NCBI GenBank assembly: GCA_028534125.1
Contig: CM052816.1
Coordinates: 12,898,001 to 12,962,000 of the forward strand
Direction: 5' to 3'
DNA: 64,000 nucleotides
Source of the DNA: Lama glama
Taxonomy: Eukaryota
Shown: positions 61,161 to 64,000 of the stretch, in pieces
How the letters are laid out: every line of letters begins with the position of its first letter
Numbering within the stretch: position 1 is the first letter of the stretch
Program-made: the position numbers and the translations under genes
The notes under the pieces: model-generated
Databases searched by the model: none
What the model was told of the DNA's origin: nothing
Seen by the model: only the letters and a program-made list of their open reading frames with translations

Positions 61161-63094
61161 ACTTGGAAGCTCCTTTTTCGTTTTCATAAGTTTTTATTTC
61201 TCCTGAATCCCAAACATATTCTGTTTTTTCTGGGTTGTGTAAAGTAGGTCTATACATATTAAGTGAAAAGGAAAGATGTACTACCTGGACTGTGCTAACA
61301 ATACAAACAAAGCACTCAGTTATTTATAAATTGAAATTGATTTGTGAATATTACCAGATCATCTAAATAATTCCTTCCATTTCAGTCTACTTGATTACAT
61401 GTGTAAACAGAAAATTAAAATTCTTACACTTCATAAAGTTGTTTTTTTTAAAATATTTATTTCTCCTTGTTAGCAGACAGTTTAAGGGGTGTAAACAAAG
61501 CCACGGCAAATCTTTGTTATAAGCTGGGGGAATTGTTTCTCGGTTCTTAAAAAATAAGGTTTCCTAGCTCATTGGCTTTGGCAGATTCAGGCTTCGCCTC
61601 CAGATATACACAGGAACTGTTTAATTTGATGTTTATTGATACAAATGCTATAATCTGCCTTGGGAAAACCAGCTGATACGGAAAACTTGACTTGTAAAAC
61701 AATTTTGCTTTGACGATCTCAGCCAACCTATTGATTTTTTTTCCAAAAGTTTTATTCAGAAAAAAAAAAAGAAACATATAAAGTGAAGCAGATCAACAGT
61801 TAACTCAAAACACATTGGAACCTAGGTTTGTCAAGTTTCTTTGCTTGAGCTATTTAGATAAGCAGACACCGTCTTGAATCTTTGTTTATATTGGCACCGT
61901 CTTGTTTTCAGTCCTTATTGCCTCTTAAAATTAAACTGTGATTATTTCTTGGACATTTTTACTGACTTATCTAGTCTAACAGGAATTTTCTTTAAATGGT
62001 GCCTGAAAAATACCGGTACTGATGCAGCTACTGTGAACCACAGAGTCAGTTTCACAAAGGTAGCCATTTCTTTTGATCAATTTTTAACTCATGAAGCACA
62101 GAGCTGAGAACCATCGATACCTAAACAAAGTGCCAGGAATCTCTTTACTGCCCGATCCAGAGAGTCGCCTGAGCTCCCCCGCTTCTGACTGTGTCTTAAT
62201 TTCGCTGTCTTCACTCTCACCCTTTTTTCATCGTCTCCACTTGCCTTCTCTGCTTCTTTTCCTCCTCTCCCCAGGATGTCTACAACTGTTTCTGCTCTCC
62301 TTTGAGGATAGGGTGGCCTGTGATCTTGTATTTGGTTTTGAGTAATATATATCCTATACTTCTAGTTTGAATGTAGGTATTAGATGTGGCGACAAACGTA
62401 TTACTGCCTATTTGATGCAAACTTACAGGAACGTAGGAACCTTGTCTGTTCCAGTCTCAGCTGTATCCCCAGTGGCTAAAACAGCCCCCACTACATTATA
62501 GGCACCCACTGCATATTGTTGCACAAAGACATGAATAGAACATAAATGAAGGTCCAAGTGTGAAACCTGTCTTCTTTGACAACTTTGCAAATCTGTTGCC
62601 AGACAGTTTTGTTTTCAGGGAAATGAGGGAAAACATTCGGTTCTCAAGTGTTGTCATTTGCTAACTGAACAGATTGATTTTGCAGGTTCTGTTGGCCCAA
62701 TGAAACATTCACTGTGGGAAAATCAGCACCTTATAGACACTCTGAGAAGTCTGGTAATGGGAATGGAAAGAGGAGGAATTTCAGTTTTGGAATCCCTTTG
62801 AAAGGAGAAGTTTTGTAAGGCCCTGAAATTGGTCCTTGAGCATCCGCTCCAGTTAGCTCCAGTCCAGTTTAATTTCTAACACAATTAGCCCAAAACATTA
62901 ACAAGGGCGGGAAGAGATTTCTGGTTTCCAGAAGTGAGCCGTTGGGCCACAGCCAAAGCTATCACCTCAGATGAAAAAAATCATGATTTACCACAAGAGA
63001 AGAGTTTGTGTCTCTTTTCATCCAGGGTTAGGAATAGGGGGCCATGTGTGACATGTTTGTTCAGGGTGCAAATGTCTGCCACCAGATTCTAAGT

Positions 63095-63330
63095 CACAGG
63101 ATGCAAAATCATGGTCTGAGGGCCAGATCTGGCCCACAGATGTGTTTTATTTGATTCACACTATTTTTTCATTGAATTAGTTGCCAATAGAGAAAAACAG
63201 GAGAATTCACATAAAAATTTGTTTTCTTTTTTTTTTTTAATTTCCCTTGGAAAAAAAAAAAAAAAAAGCAACACCGGGCCTACCATCCCAAATGTGGGAG
63301 CGATTAACTGGTGTGGAAGTACAGATTCCC
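63095..63330 (-). mobile_element. MER102-like hAT-Charlie element
   Basis: gggccagatctggcccacagatgtgttttatttg...ttgaattagttgccaa...caggagaattcacataaaaat; inverse of the family at 40.5-40.8 kb. Confidence 0.7.
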
Positions 63331-63936
63331 GTGACTTTCTATTTCCCTGCCATCGTCCCAGCCCTGCTCATTTTCACTCTGCTACTGAAAAGAGTTTCCA
63401 CTTGCCATGCCTCATCTCCCTGCATTTTTTTCTTTCTTACAGCCTGCTCACCTCATGCATTTATTTTATCTGTCTGGATCCTACAGGCAACTACTGTCCT
63501 AAACTGTCCCACAAATGTTGTTGTGAGATTTCCATCCTTCTGTCTGAGAGTAAACATGCAAGGTTATGATCTGTGGCTTTATCCTCACCATTGCAGATCA
63601 GCTGGCTGATTGCATTAGTCCTTCTGAAACCTCTGCATGCATGTGGTCACTGGAGGGGTTGGGTGGGATCAGCAAAAGGACAAGGGGAGTGAGAGAATCA
63701 GTCATTTCTGTGACTGCAGATGTGGACAGGGTTTCCTGGCTGAGCGCCTTACAATCACCCACTAGAACAGAATCTGTTTCATTGAGGCGGATTCAATATG
63801 CCTTTGGCAAAAGAGGAAAATAAACAGAGTTATCAAGACAGGAGGAGGCTAATCTGAATGTGCACAATGACCATCTTTATTACAGCACATACGATTTATT
63901 TACATATACATCTATCACTATACATATGTACATATG

Positions 63937-63940
<4 letters not shown>

Positions 63941-63974
<34 letters not shown>
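63941..63974. repeat. (CA)17 microsatellite
   Basis: Uninterrupted CA run. Confidence 0.97.
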
Positions 63975-63977
<3 letters not shown>

Positions 63978-64000
63978 GAATATAACTATAAACAAAATCA

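Overview
Mammalian genomic DNA, most likely camelid (Camelus/Vicugna/Lama). This is inferred from three tRNA-Ala(AGC)-derived Vic-1-type SINEs with target-site duplications (TSDs), artiodactyl-type L1 3' ends and a MER41_BT-like LTR, with no Alu, B1, Bov-A or PRE elements noticed. I recognise no intact protein-coding gene, RNA gene or prokaryote-type system, so the window looks intergenic or deep intronic. It is dominated by old repeats (MIR, L2, L1M, MLT1/ERVL LTRs, hAT and Tigger fossils) plus several younger lineage-specific insertions, interleaved with unique stretches that look like regulatory elements. Most ORF-track entries are chance ORFs; a few are L1 remnants. The most unusual signal is a CpG-rich segment at about 3047-3493. 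Its + strand frame, broken by one TAA, carries motifs in the same order as the N-terminus of PIF/Harbinger transposases, a class rare in mammals. Secondary leads are several minus-strand candidate exons (including a 30-nt microexon), a PBX/HOX/MEIS-motif enhancer candidate, and a stack of nested transposons at 37.4-39.3 kb. Repeat family names come from recalled consensus sequences, not database searches. Boundaries without a TSD are approximate.
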